From Callorhinchus milii (taxonomy: Eukaryota), in contig NW_024704743.1 of the NCBI RefSeq assembly GCF_018977255.1, positions 84,880,001-84,944,000 on the forward strand: 64,000 nucleotides of DNA, in the 5' to 3' direction. A program made the position numbers and the translations under genes. The notes under the pieces are model-generated. The model searched no databases. It worked only from the letters and a program-made list of their open reading frames with translations, and was not told where the DNA came from. Shown one piece after another: positions 12,304 through 25,123 of this stretch. The first letter of the stretch is position 1, and every line of letters begins with the position of its first letter.

Positions 12304-14859
12304 GTACAGTAATTCTGCTTTTCTTACTGTAAATGGATGTGTGTTTGCTGTCGGTGACGTGCAGCCCAGACTTGCTCAGGGTTGGGGAAGCACAAGGGCG
12401 GGGAGTATCCAGGACAGACACAGGGAGACGTTTCTCTATTATTATTATTATTTTTTTGGGGGGGTGGGGGGTGGGGGGAAGATTTTAAAGGCAAAAAAAA
12501 AAAACAAGTCCTGCTTTTAGATGTTACTGTGATGCATTGCGAGGGTCAGGGTTACAGGCTGCTGTGGTTTGTTCAGTGTGTTTCCCTGGTCTTTCCCCAC
12601 CAGGGCTGTTACAGATGTTACTGTTGCACTGTTACTCTGGTTGTTTGGAGAGGTAGTCCTCTCTGCACCAGGGGGAAGTTTCTCTTTGCCTCTAATGTAA
12701 TAATAATGATAATAATCCTTGCGTTTGATACAGCGCCTTATCACAACTTCGAGCCGTCTCCAAGCGCTTCACAGAATATATTGTAAAGTTGGATTAACTG
12801 TATATTTGCGGTGGGGGCGGGGGAAGCTCATCACACGCTTATGCAGAATTGAATCAAAAACATCGCTGAGCAATTACAACACCTCGCGCGGATACAGCGT
12901 CCTTCACAACGGGCAACGTCTCGGAGTGCGCAACACTTGCAGATTGCACTTAGAGATTTAGCTTTGCTATCAAATTAAAAACTTTTGTGTGTTGGGGAGG
13001 GGAGGGGGCATGGGGGAAAGTGTTCATCTGATTGTACAATATCACCTTAAAAAGCTACTGTGAAAAATAACGACAGTAAGATGGTCTGCAGCGAGGGAAG
13101 TATTTTTCATTCTTGGCAGAAATTGGTCAGGGGGAAAAAAAATTGTGAATGGTCTGATTCAATAGTCTGGGCGCTGGTGTTTCATGCCAAAGTACACAGT
13201 CTAATTGAAACCACTTGGCATTTATTCAAGATGTTACACGTGTCTGATGTGATTAAGAGAGTGTCAAAGGGACACAAAACTGCAGCATTTTCACAACATA
13301 GTGAAGTTTATGCCATCCATATATGTCGTCTCGAATGAAAGTTTGAATTCAAAGTGGTGTGCAACTCAGGCTGGACAGACAGACAGATACATGTGAGAAA
13401 TATGCCGGTTTTATTATTTTCTGTGTGTGAGAGAGAGAGCTTCAAACCGTTTTCTTTAACAAGGAGCACTTCAATCAGAGAGACTTTGCAGACTTGAATA
13501 CTATGGGAATTGGTCGGGAGGCAGACAGACAGAGGAGCGAGTGAGTCTTGTGTTTCTGGGAAGTGTGTGAAGGGGGAATGAATGCTGTGCAAGTGCTGGT
13601 CATCATTCCGAGATACAGTAAACAGAGCAGAGCGATGGGCGGACCGTGTCCCACGTGTACATGGCAGCTGTGCATTTCCAAATGAACCACTAGTTGTCTC
13701 CAGACCCAATGCAAACTGCACTCACAAGCTCTTGTCTGTGTTGCTGCTAGGCCAGAGCTTCACGATCCTGACAGCCTCCTATCATCACCTATCTAAAGGG
13801 ACAACTGTTTTTCTTTGCTACTATGGAAAGCTGCAGGTGCTATGGGCTTTGAGACAGCTTTGTACTCTTTCTAGGATATCCTCCCAGTTTCACCAAATAG
13901 AACTGACATCTTCCATCTAAATGACAACAGCAGATTGTAATTAATACATGTATTGAAATATAATTTGACAAGTCAGTCTTCTAAGCCACTGTGCACACAG
14001 GCAGTGGCTGAATCTCTATGCAGATCCTTCTCGTTTATCTTGATGTCAGTGTTAAGTGTTGATATTTAAGGACAGAATCTTGTTAATCAGTATCCTTGTA
14101 AAACTTTTATTTAAAAGGTTTCTTTGAATTAATTCTGCAGATTGGTTGTTTGAAAGTAATTTAAAAATAAACGTTTGTTGGTTGATCAACCAAATCCTTT
14201 CAGCTCTCCACCATTCTCCTACACCCCTGTACACACACTCGTTTCCATTAAGAAATAAGTTTTATGATCAATCTAATTATTGGCGGTAATTAGGCTGTGA
14301 AACAATTTTGATATTTTCTCCAAAATCGCATGGAATTCTTCAATTCAGCCTTAACTTCTTTTTTTTAAAAATAGGTTTTTAATTTGAGAATTTTTCACAA
14401 GTCTGTGTAATCCTAAATTTAAAGATTACAGACTAAGACTAGTTTGAATTTCAGCCTTATGATAATGTATCAACCCGTTACAGTCCCTTTCATTTGTTGC
14501 ATTATTGTAGAAAAAATTGCAAGAAGTCAGATGAGAACAAACTGACTCAGGAGTCCAAATATCCAACAGTGATGAGAACATTGAAGACTCGCCAGTCTTC
14601 ACAAATCACACGAGTTGCTTGCATATTACTTAAGTCTGATCTTCTTGTTTGTTCCAGGAATGCAAAAGCTTATATGGTTACATCTCAGTATTCTGCATAA
14701 AGCCTGCACATAATACTAGTGGCAAAGTTTCATGCAGTACAATGCTTCTTTTTCCTGTGAAGTTCTCCTGGATAGTTTCCTACACCTTGACTCTTGTGTG
14801 CAGAGATTCAAATATAGAGTTGACCATCACTTGCTGAGAGTTTCTGGAATATTTGGGTT

Positions 14860-15085
14860 CATTTAGAAACTTAGAAATCTACAGCGCAGAGGAATGCCAT
14901 AATTTGATATTAGGCCCATCAAGCCCGTACCAGCTCATAGAGCAAGGAGATCAATTGAATCCTGTCTTAGCCCCTTTCCTTTCAAGCCCCTCTCTTCGAT
15001 ATGCCTGTCTAATTCCCTCTTGGAAGCTACAATAGACTCTGCCTCCACCGTCCTACTTGGCAGGACATTCCACAACCCAACAACT
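14860..15085 (-). mobile_element. CR1 LINE 3' end
   Basis: TAGAAACTTAGAAATCTACAGCGCAGAGG..GGCCCATC, followed by GACATTCCACAACC (reverse of a WN.LP coding segment). Confidence 0.65.
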
Positions 15086-15114
15086 TTGGTATGGTAAATT
15101 ACCATATACTACAC

Positions 15115-15611
15115 GAACAACGACAACTTAGATTTATATAGCGCCCTCCACACCGGACGGCGTCTCAGAGCGCTTTACAGTTGAAGATCCTGGGACTGAG
15201 CCAGGGGGAGGGGTAGGAAGGTGACCAAAGGCACGGTCGAAAAGAAAGGTCTTCAGCAGAGACCTGAAAATGGGAAGGGAGGGAGCGAGATGAAGGGAGT
15301 GAGGAAGGGAATTCCAGAGCCTCGGGGCATAGTGGCTGAAGGCACGGCTGCCGAGGGTGGAGCGGAGGACTCGGGGGACAAGGAGGAGGCCAGACCCGGA
15401 GGAACGAAGGCAACAGGTACTGTGCTGAGGAGAGAGGAGGTCAGAGAGGTAGGGGGGTGCAGAGGAGTGCAGGGACTTGAATACGAGGGTGAGGATCTTG
15501 AAATCGATCCTCTCTGGGATAGGGAGCCAGTGCAGTCTGACAAGGACTGGGGTGATCGGGGAGCAGAGTTTAGTATGGGTGAGAATGCGGGCGGCAGAGT
15601 TCTGAGTGACC
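15115..15611 (-). mobile_element. L2 LINE 3' fragment
   Basis: QNSAARIL..ITPVLVRLHWLPIPERIDFKIL..APRLWNSLP..LKTFLF; tail GGGCGCTATATAAATCTAAGTTGTCG. Confidence 0.92.
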
Positions 15612-16628
15612 AATATATATAATAGACATGTAGAGTACTTTCCTGATCCCAAATGTTAAATGTTACCATTATCTCCATGCTAAACTTTAAAAAAGTGGAT
15701 CGATAATGTAAAAATTGTTGCTGCCTATGACAAGTTCAGTTTTTGCACTGTGAATTTGATTTTGTTGTTCAAAAAGGTCAGATTTTTGTAAAATTGATCA
15801 AAAGTGTAGTTGGCATTAAAACGATGATTTACAAAGATCTGATGTAAAGTCAGTATATTGCATTATGTTGACTACTTCTTTACTGAAATTGATGTTTTCT
15901 TAGCTCTACAGAGGAGATCTTTGAGGAAAAGATTTCTCTGAAACTAAAGCATTATTATTGTATAAGTAGTTTACAGTTCGCCTTTTCTTTTAAAATTGGG
16001 ATGCCCTCCCGACATGAAGGGCATTATACAAATGTAATTTTGTTGTTGTTTCTTCATGGGTGACATTGATATTATTCATAAAGAGTTCAGTATTTTACCG
16101 GTTAAAATAATGGAATGACATTTCATTATGAGAAACTTTAATGCAGGGATAATTGTTTACCCTTGATCAGTTTCAGATCAGTGTTTATATTAATGGGCCA
16201 GTTCTCTCTTTGAAATTACGTTATTTATAGAGCTCCTCTGTGTGTGCTGCATTCATCCAGGTTTAGCTGCTAAATGATAGTTGCTGTGAGGTATTGCCAG
16301 CCAAAAGGATACCCATGAAGCATATCCATTTTTTAATAAGGTTGCCAGCATGATCAGTCTCTGCTAATATGTGGTGTAGAGTGCAACAAACTAATCACAT
16401 TGACAAGAGTAATAAATAGACATGCACCACAGCTACGAGCACTCTTGTCTCTAGCTCATCAGATTGAAGGCCTGCACTGGGATTCGATATCATAGTCCAG
16501 GATGACATTTCAGTTTCGTACTTCAGTTTAGTAGTTCATTGGATCTAGTAAAAGGTATGGAAGAAACTGCATGAGTGTAAAAGAAGCATCAAGGTAAAAC
16601 AGTTATAGAGTACAGTAAAAATAATAAT

Positions 16629-16943
16629 ATAATAATAATAATCCTTGCATTTGATATAGCGCTTTTCACGTCGGGAGGATGTCCCAAAGCGCTTCACAGA
16701 ACACACTGTAAAGTGAATTGACTGTATATTTGTGGGCGAACGCGGCAGCCAATTGCGCACAGCAGTGTCCCATAAACAGTCGTGGATTGAAAATGACCAA
16801 TTTATTATTGTTTTGTTTTTTGGAGGGATTATTATTAGGCGTGTGGAGTAAGGAAACTTGCCCAAGGTTTCGCCCTGCCTGGAATTGAACCCAGGTCTCT
16901 CGCTTGCAAAGCGAGTGCTCTAACCACTGAGCTACAGGACTCC
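16629..16943 (-). mobile_element. Young tRNA-derived SINE, full length
   Basis: Head GGAGTCCTGTAGCTCAGTGGTTAGAGC (A box), stem-loop CTCGC-TTTGCAA-GCGAG, GGTTCAATTCC (B box), Deu-like core, L2-type tail and (ATT)n end. Confidence 0.93.
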
Positions 16944-17654
16944 ACATAATAATCCTTGCATTTGATATAGTGCTTTTCACGTCTTCTAGATGTCTCAAAG
17001 CACTTCACAGAATAACAACAACAAAAAAATTACATTTTTATAAGCTTTTCATCTCGGGAGGACATCCCAAGGCGCTGGACAGACAGAGTTACTGTAAATA
17101 TACTGTAAAGTGAATAATACATTTCTTAAAAAGTGCCACTGATAGAGAAATATTAGTAAGAATATTACCACCAGGTTACTGCGGATTACAGTTAACATTC
17201 TATATGGGAAATGAATGTGTTATTCCATGGTTCCATCACTGTGTTTCAGTTATTACTGCTCTGATGTTTAAAGGCAAAACTGCAAAGCCAGCAGGTAGTT
17301 GGTTGACCATCTGATTTAAAGCAATTCATGCCATTGAAGAATGTGTTCGAGAAGGAGAACTTGGAATGTATAGGGCTAGTTGACCTAGGAGGAGATGAAC
17401 ACGTTAGTGTTAGATAATGTTATCTAGATATTGTATGAATTGCCTAATTTGTTCCAAGAACAAATCCGTGCCCACTGATTGTGCACCAAAGCATGTAGTG
17501 TACACTACATGTAATGAAACAACAACAACTTGCATTTATATAGCACGGCGTGGCGTTGCAGATTGCTTAAATTGTAATAAAGTCTTGTCTGAGTAATAAA
17601 GCAGTGCAATTCCATCCTGAAATGGTTTTGCATGATCACAAGAGAAAAATGAAG

Positions 17655-18400
17655 AAGGCGGTCTGGTCCATTAATCTCATCCTTCCAGAATGCTACTCAT
17701 TACAGAACTTTCCATTACACCATCAAACTAACGATTTCTTAAATGAGTCCAGGATCATGTCCTCTATCACCCTATTAGTAATTTGTTCCAGCTGTTCACC
17801 ACCCTTTGTATAAAGTAATGCTTCCTGGTATCTATTCTAAAAGTACCCCTTATAACTCTGAACCTATGCCCTCGTGTCCTGTTGCCTGAGCATATATCCA
17901 ATTTGTCATTGTGTAAACCTCTGAATATGGTCCCCCTTAGAGACATTTATTTTCAAGTGTATAGCCAGTCAAATACTCTTTCTCAAGACCTTTGCTGCCT
18001 CCTCTGATTTCACAGTTCCAGTTAAATTAGTGTCATCTTCCAGTATTACATTCAAATATTTCAAGTACTACCTTGTCTGTGATTCTCAATTATTAATATA
18101 TATGGAACAGGAGATGTGAACAGGAGAACAGGAGATTAATATATATGGAACATGGACCCCTGAGGCATCCCGCACAATATAGACCTTTATCCATTTTGAC
18201 CCATCTCCTCTAACAACTAACTTCCATTTCCTCTCCTTCAGCTATTTACTAATCCACATCCATGTTTTACTGTTGGTAGCAAATGCCATCAGTTTGTAAA
18301 GGAATTTCTCATATGGTACTTTGACAAAAACATTTGAAAGTCTAGTTACAATATATCATGGCTTACTACTGTAACAGTGGGATGACATCTGTGGATTTTC
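17655..18400 (-). mobile_element. Old CR1 LINE RT/3' fragment
   Basis: Reverse-strand remnants TTAGTGTCATC (DDT) and GACCCCTGAGGCA (VPQGS), plus CR1 3' motifs. Confidence 0.6.
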
Positions 18401-20144
18401 AATGCGAGATCAAAGCATTGCTGAGGAACAGAGCCTCCCCCTTTACTTCCTCAGCTATGTCTACAGCTTTGGTGGGGAAGTGATGATGGGAAAGCTGGTA
18501 TAGCCAGAGACTCGGAATGCTATGTGCCTTGACTGAACGGAAACATTAGTAACCTACTCTCAAATTAAGTTTGTTACAGTATAAGGAACATATTGCTTAC
18601 CTCAAGTTAAATTGCATTGGAAAGTGATCTTGGTACCAGTAAAAAGTCCAATATTCAGACAGGCTCTGCCATCTCCCACATGACCTATGCAATGGGAATC
18701 TGAGTGTTTCTGCTACAACCTGTCACTGAGGACATCTCTCATGAATACTTATAGTGCTGCTTAGGAGCCTTTGGGCCAACATTGCAAGGGGCAGCCATGG
18801 CCAGCTTCAGTAATCTTGGAAGAACAGTTACAGGCAATGATGACTGTGGAATTCAATCGTTTCACAGATGTCCATTCTCTGTCACACAGATCAATGGTGC
18901 TGAGAGATGATATCCACCAGAGTCATGTGTGGAGTAGAACAGAGGCATCTGGATGGCAGCCAATACTGGAGATCATGTAGTCCTGTAACATCATTAATAG
19001 ACACTGCCTCTGACAGTAATGAGCCTGCAGAAACTACACCTTCAGATACTTGGCACCAATGATAGCAGAACAGGTTAGAGGTAGCGGGCCTTCATTATCT
19101 CCTGCATTCCCACAGTTAGCTTTATAGCCACCCAACAGAGCCACTCCTTCATACAGAGATGTAGTTATAATAATAATATAATGCATTCATTGTAATTATA
19201 ATATTAATACTATAATAAAATGCAAGGTTTACTATTATAGTTATATATTTTAAAAAATGGTTGTTCACTTCATGGCTGTTTCTGGGACATTTCCGTTCAC
19301 AACTTGTCTGCTGTGTTCACCTACAAATACACAGAAGTACACTTTACAGAAAAACACTGAAGTGCTTCGAGATGTTTGAAGTGAGAAAGTGCGATAACAA
19401 ATGCACAGATTATTCTAAGAGGCAGACACACAAAAGACTGACAGTGCACAAGGTCAAAACACAGGGTATTTAAACGTTTAAACTAGTCAAGCTGCAAAAC
19501 TCAATAAGCTAATGTTCATTGAAATATACCTTGCATTGTGTCATTCTTCAACTGAGCATACAATACAAAATTACACTTGTAAAGCGCCTTTCATGCCGGG
19601 AGGACGTCCCAAGGCACTGAACAGTCAGAGCCTAAAATAAAAGGTTAGTTATACAGAATCAAACCAAAGAAAACATGAGCGATGCTCAGAAAAACTAAGC
19701 AGTAATGTCAATTAGGAATCGCATGTTGGCAAGTTGACCATTTGAAAATAATAGTGCACATTTGAGAACTCACAGAAAGAAATGGAAATGAGAAGTTATA
19801 ATAATAATCCTTGCATTTGATATGGTGCCTTATCACAGAATATACTGTAAAGAGCACTGAATGTGTATTTTGTGGGCGAAATGCGGTGTCCCACAAACAG
19901 TGGTGCATTGAGTGACCAAATTTTTTAAAAAAAAAACAGGAGGGATTTCTGGTCCCTGTCTTGTCTGCAGGAATTGTTTTAAAGTTGAGGTCCGCACAGC
20001 ACAAATGATCTAACTCATGGCCATGGGAGCCCAGCAGACCCAAGAGAGTTCTTGACCTGAAGTCATTGCTTGTGCTTCCCCAGTGCAGTAATCACAGCAG
20101 CAACAATCTGTGGCAGTAAATAGTAACTGAACTGAAACCAGCTA

Positions 20145-20431
20145 TTATAATAATAATAATAATAATCATTGCATTTGATATAGCGCTTTTCACGTCGGAA
20201 GGACATCCCAAAGCGCTTCAGAGAACACACTGTAGAGTGAATTGACTGTATATTTGTGGGCGAACGCGGCAGCCAATTGCGCACAGCAGTGTCCCACAAA
20301 CAGTCGTAGATTGAAAATGACCAATTTATTATTATTGTTTTTTTTTGGGGGTGTTTTGGAGGGATTATTATTAGGCGTGTTGAGCAAGGAAACTTGCCCA
20401 AGGTTTCGCCCTGCCTGGAATTGAACTCGGG
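20145..20431 (-). mobile_element. Young SINE, 5'-truncated at B box
   Basis: Near-identical to 16629-16943. Confidence 0.92.
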
Positions 20432-20489
20432 CAAAAGGGGGCCATTCATTTTCATAGTTCCACTTGCAGTCAGTGCTGTGCAAACCGGA

Positions 20490-21120
20490 TCAGATTTAAG
20501 GTGTGACGAATTGCCTGGTTTGTCAAAGTACTTTCCAGGCTGCAACACCCTTCCGATCTGTCACGGGCGGGGGCGGGCGGGGGGTGAACAGGGCAGTAAC
20601 CGTGATGGTACAGGGACAATACTCATCATCATCATCATTATTATTATTAAACAGACTGGCTGCACCGTGGCTCGTTCCCGGTTTGTAGGTATTTTTTCCT
20701 GCCCTCGGCGATGGGAGTTACCAATAATATTTTGCATTTTAAGAGTACAATTGCCAAGCACTGGTTTAACCCCCCCCTCCCCCCGCCCCACCCACACACA
20801 CACACACACACACCCCTCCCCTCCAACACACACAGTGTTAATTTAATACACGGAAATGTGTCCGATGCAAATGAGTAAAGGAGCGAAGGGGTAGAGTGCA
20901 AGTGCAGAGGAAATTCAGCCCTGTCTAAATATAAGTGAGGGGGTGGGTGTGGTGGGGGGAGGAGGAGGAGGAGTGGTGGTGGTGGGGGGGGGGGAACACT
21001 GTGCAAAGAAAATATCGCAGTTGAATGTGTATCCAGAAGAGGACGATCGCTGCGGGAATGAACACACGGCGATCGCTGTCTCCCCCTCTCGCCCTCTGAC
21101 TCACTGAGTGCTGCCGAGTG
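20490..21120 (+). promoter_or_regulatory. Putative NFATC1 P2 promoter region
   Basis: CpG-containing. Tandem GC boxes GGGCGGGGGCGGGCGGGG (~20566-20584), CCAAT (~20721), GAGGAAAT (~20907) and MEF2/TATA-like CTAAATATAA (20925-20934). Lies upstream of the beta exon. Confidence 0.5.
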
Positions 21121-21139
21121 CAGCGAGTGTCAGGTTCAG

Positions 21140-21240
21140 CAGAGGGTGGTGGGGGGTGTGTGTGTGGGTGGGGGGTGGTGGTGTGTGTGGGTGTGTGAGG
21201 GTGTGTGAGGGTGGGGGGTGTGTGTGGGTGGGGGGGGGTT
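21140..21240. repeat. G/GT-rich low-complexity tract upstream of the beta ATG
   Basis: Runs of GGGG interspersed with (GT)n. Confidence 0.85.
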
Positions 21241-21296
21241 ACCAGGCACCTCCAGCCGGTTGTGTGAGTGCTGGTGGTTGATACCTGTTGGTGGTG

Positions 21297-21393
21297 ATGA
21301 TGACTTCCATCAGTCAGGATGAAGAGGAGTTTGACTTTGACTTTCTTTTCGAGTTCAACCAACGGAGTGCAGTGCCCGACAGCCCCGGAGCAG
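21297..21393 (+). CDS. NFATC1: NFATC1 alternative first exon beta (P2): MMTSISQDEEEFDFDFLFEFNQRSAVPDSPGA
   Basis: Resembles mammalian NFATc1-beta MTGLEDQEFDFEFLFEFNQ. Length 97 nt, with phase-1 donor GCAG|gtctgt at 21394. Confidence 0.93.
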
Positions 21394-21545
21394 GTCTGTT
21401 ATTCATATATTATTTGGGATTGAAGGATTTTTTTTGTGGGGGGGGATGGGGGAGGTTTTTTTTTAAAATTTTATTTTTTATTAAAAAAAATTAAAAAAAT
21501 TTTTTTTTGATCTCCAAAAGAGAAAGTTGGCCATTAAAGCAGAGG

Positions 21546-21742
21546 CTTTTTTTTTCTCTCTCTCTCTCTCCTTCTCTCTCCTTCTCTCTCTCTCTCTCTC
21601 TCTCACTCTCTTCCTGGGGTCGCATAAAAGAAAAAAAAAAGTTGTGAGTTATTTTAATCGCAGCGACAGTCGGTGTTTGCAAAGGAAATACTGTACAGTA
21701 CAGAGAGGGGAGAAGAGAGAGAGAGAAGAGAGAGAGAGAGGA
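21546..21742. repeat. (CT)n and (GA)n microsatellites in inverted arrangement
   Basis: (CT)n at ~21554-21612 and (GA)n at ~21702-21742. Confidence 0.85.
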
Positions 21743-22073
21743 ACATCTCCAGTGAGTTGTGAAACCACTGCACCTGTTGTGAAGCAGCTTTTTTATTTAA
21801 CACATCATTGCAGAGGTCATCCGCCTCAGAGAGAAACAAGATCCCAATGAAAAAAAATACTAAAGAATAAGTCGAACGTGTCTGGATATATATACCGTAT
21901 ATATATATTTATATATTATTATTTTTTTTGGCAACTTGTTGTAACCCCGAAATGCTGATGGTTTCCTGTTTGTCAGTGCAGCCCGCACTTCAGTCGTGTG
22001 TTTGTTTCACAAAATCCAGTTGGTGGGAGGGAGGGTCGCTTTTTATTCTGCTTCAAAATAGCAGTGAACTCGG

Positions 22074-22283
22074 AATAATAATCCCTCCAAAACAAAACAG
22101 TAATAAAATTGGTCATTTTCAATCCACGACTGTTTGTGGGACATTGCTGTGCGCAATTGGCTGCCGCGTTCGCCCACAAATATACAGTCAATTCACTTTA
22201 CATAGTGTGTTCTGTCAAGCGCTTTGGGACGTCCTCCCGACGTGAAAAGCACTATATCAAATGCAAGGATTATTATTATTATT
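22074..22283 (+). mobile_element. Young SINE, 3' two-thirds
   Basis: Core and tail match the family; ends in (ATT)n. Confidence 0.9.
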
Positions 22284-23554
22284 ACTAATCGGACCCCCAC
22301 GAGAGAGATTTTTGTATTTGGGGGCAAACAGATTGTGTTTTGCAGGAGGGTTTAGCAACTGATTTGCATCTGCTTTAGCTGTCAAAGTAACTAGTGTGAA
22401 GTAAACAGCCCGCTGCAGTAATCTATCTAACGACTAAGTCAAACTTGGTTGGAAATAAACACGTGTATTTTTTTGACCATGTTCAACACCTCTACATGAT
22501 TACATAATACAGCAAACCTCACATAAGCCACATCAGGTGGGACCATACTTTTATTATGACTTATGCAAAGTTGAGTTATGTCAAACGTGCATGGAATATA
22601 AACTCTTGAACGGCAGATGCACGACTTAGGCAATTATACGATTGATGGAGATCAGACTAATGCAAATTTTACTGTGTAATAAATCATGTGAGTAAATATA
22701 TTAGCCTCATAGTTTGAGGAACTGTTTTTGCAGGCTCCACATAGATTGACATGATAAGCCACACATTGCTGAGACCTTTTCAGTGTGAACTACTGTATAC
22801 ACCCATTGATAGTTCTGGAGGTATTAAATGCTATTAATTTTGGAGAATGAAACGAAAAGCAACTTGTCAAAATGTTAACAAGACTTACTGCTGTTAAACC
22901 GAGGACAGTCATCACAAGACATCTATCTAAATCGGGGGTCTTAGATAATGTATAATAACAGCTTAAATTTAAATTAAAAAAAACCCTAATGTGAAAGGTG
23001 CTATATAAATACAATTTGTTGTTGTTAAATAGTCTTATTCGCGAAGAACAATGTTGCAAAGCACTTCAACATCCGAGTCAAATAGATTCCCACTTGCTGT
23101 CTTTTGGGATTCTTTTTAGCTCGGGGCAGCCCTGATGGTTGTTGGTCAAATTCGTGAGTTTGTTGAGTTTACTCCTCGGGTAAGGGAGTTTGGGTGGGTT
23201 TCGTGAATGTGGTCCAACTCACATATTGGTCATGTGTATGTGTGACAGGTTGGTGAGGAGAGATCAGCCTCAGCTGTGACACCCTCTTCAGTCAAGTGGT
23301 CTGTCATGAAATGTGGCTATGTGGGTAGAGGATGCTGTACCCCCAGCCTGAGACGTCTAGAACAGGAACTGAGACATATGTCAATGAAGAAGGAAATTAG
23401 AAAAATACATTGAATTTTTTAGAAAAATCTTTTCCAAGCAGGGATTTACTGGCACACACATACGTTTTCTGCTTGTGGACCCTGCACTATTTTTCTGCAT
23501 TCGTGTGATGAATGGCGTTTTTAATCTATGATGAACATGATCAAACATTTGTAT

Positions 23555-23760
23555 GAATGCCTTGCTAAGAAAAGTGGTAGAGACAGAGTCCATTGTGGGT
23601 TTCAAGAGGGAAGTAGACAGGCATATGAAGGTTAAATGCTTGGAGTCTCTGGGGGATAGGGCAGTGGGATTGAAAGTGCTACTTGCTCTGAGAGCTGCTG
23701 TAGACTCGATGTGGGTTGATTAGCCTCCTTCTTCACTGCAAATTTCTATGATTTGAGGAG
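23555..23760 (+). mobile_element. CR1 LINE 3' end
   Basis: GAATGCCTTGC..GTGGTAGAGACAGAGTC..TTCAAGAGGGAAGTAGAC, with a CR1-like tail. Confidence 0.6.
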
Positions 23761-24224
23761 AAAATACAGTATGCAGGTAGTATTTTATGTTCAGAACACT
23801 CCCCATAGACATACTGTATATTAAAGGCATTGTTTTTAAAAATGTAAACTTCACTTCAAATGATCTGATAAGGAAGAAATGGATTCCAGGTAATGTGTGA
23901 AACTGAAGATTGCTTGTTCTTTCTTGGTAAACCACACTTTTTATGTGCTTTTTTTCTATATCTGGAGGAGTATGTTGCACAGTTAATACTTCCTCTGGAC
24001 TTTATTTAGCCTTTTATATAAGATACAGAAATTAATGTTAAATCTTTACCCGAAAAAAAATCAGAGTTTATGAGTTACTTCAGAGCGATAGTTTCTGGGG
24101 TATTTTTCAATAGTTTACACTATGATAATTGTGTCAGATTATGTACAGATCTGCATCAAATAACTCAACCTACAGCCAGCCTTTGGATGTTAAATGGTCC
24201 CAATTGGATCTTGTATTTGTTGCA

Positions 24225-24470
24225 ACTCTCAGTTTTCTGCCTCCACACTCTGGAACTCTATCCTGCAAACCCTCTGCCTCACCCCCACTATTGCCTCTTT
24301 CAAGTCCCGTCTAAAGACCTTCCTCTTCAACCATGCCTTTAGCCACCCTCCCACCTCCACCCGTCCTGATGATAACTCTCAGCCCGGGTCCAAAACAACC
24401 CTGACTATCCAGTGCCCTGGGACCTCTTTCCAACGTGGAGGGTGCTATATAAGTGTAAATTGTTGTTATT
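24225..24470 (+). mobile_element. L2 LINE 3' fragment
   Basis: TLWNS..FKSRLKTFLFNHAF plus tail. Confidence 0.78.
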
Positions 24471-24800
24471 GTTTGGATTCACAATTTTAAGATTTTTAAA
24501 AAGTTCTGCTGCCTTTCAAATCTCGAAAATCAGCAACCAACAACAACAACAACCACTGAAAAACACGTTTGTGATGTGGGAGGTGTTTTGCTTTTGGGCC
24601 TCTTTTTAGATGAGAAAAATGCAGAAAAGTAAATGCTGGAAAGTAAAGCGTGGGCTTTTATTAATCTGTTTGCTAACTTTTGGGATTTGAAAGTTGGTTT
24701 AATTTTATGGTCTTAACAACATACACTGGTGGTTTCAATTAACACAAAACATTGAATGTTGCATTTTTCGGGTCAGCCGAGTGTCTGACACATGTGGAAA

Positions 24801-25123
24801 CTGTAGCTCAGTGGTAGAGCACTCGCTTTGCAAGCGAGAGACCTGAGTTCAATTCCAGGCAGGTCAGGGCGAAACCTTGGGCAAGTTTCCTTACTCCACA
24901 CGCCTAATAATAATCCCTCCAAAAAAACAAAACAATAATAAATTGGTCATTTTCAATCTACGACTGTTTGTGGGACATTGCTGTGCGCAATTGGCTGCCG
25001 CGTTCGCCCACAAATATACAGTCAATTCACTTTACAGTGTGTTCTGTGAAGCGCTTTGGGACGTCCTCCCGACGTGAAAAGCGCTATATCAAATGCAAGG
25101 ATTATTATTATCATTATTATTAT
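24801..25123 (+). mobile_element. Young SINE, near full length
   Basis: CTGTAGCTCAGTGGTAGAGC head through the (ATT)n tail. Confidence 0.92.

Noticed and set aside
11006..12421. Dense overlapping ORFs on both strands as separate genes
   Set aside because: They result from stop-poor GC-rich and pentamer low-complexity sequence, with no recognisable domains.
16870..16943. tRNA gene (also 24801, 48139, 53295, 57854)
   Set aside because: The A/B boxes and anticodon-like arm run directly into the SINE body with no proper acceptor stem, so these are SINE heads.
18091..18155. Local duplication TTAATATATATGGAACA / GAACAGGAGA
   Set aside because: Slippage within a decayed CR1 fragment; no sign of function.
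20063..20548. Recurrent MGKFPYSTRLIIIPP / RNWLPRSPTNIQ peptides as a gene family
   Set aside because: They are translations of the young SINE.
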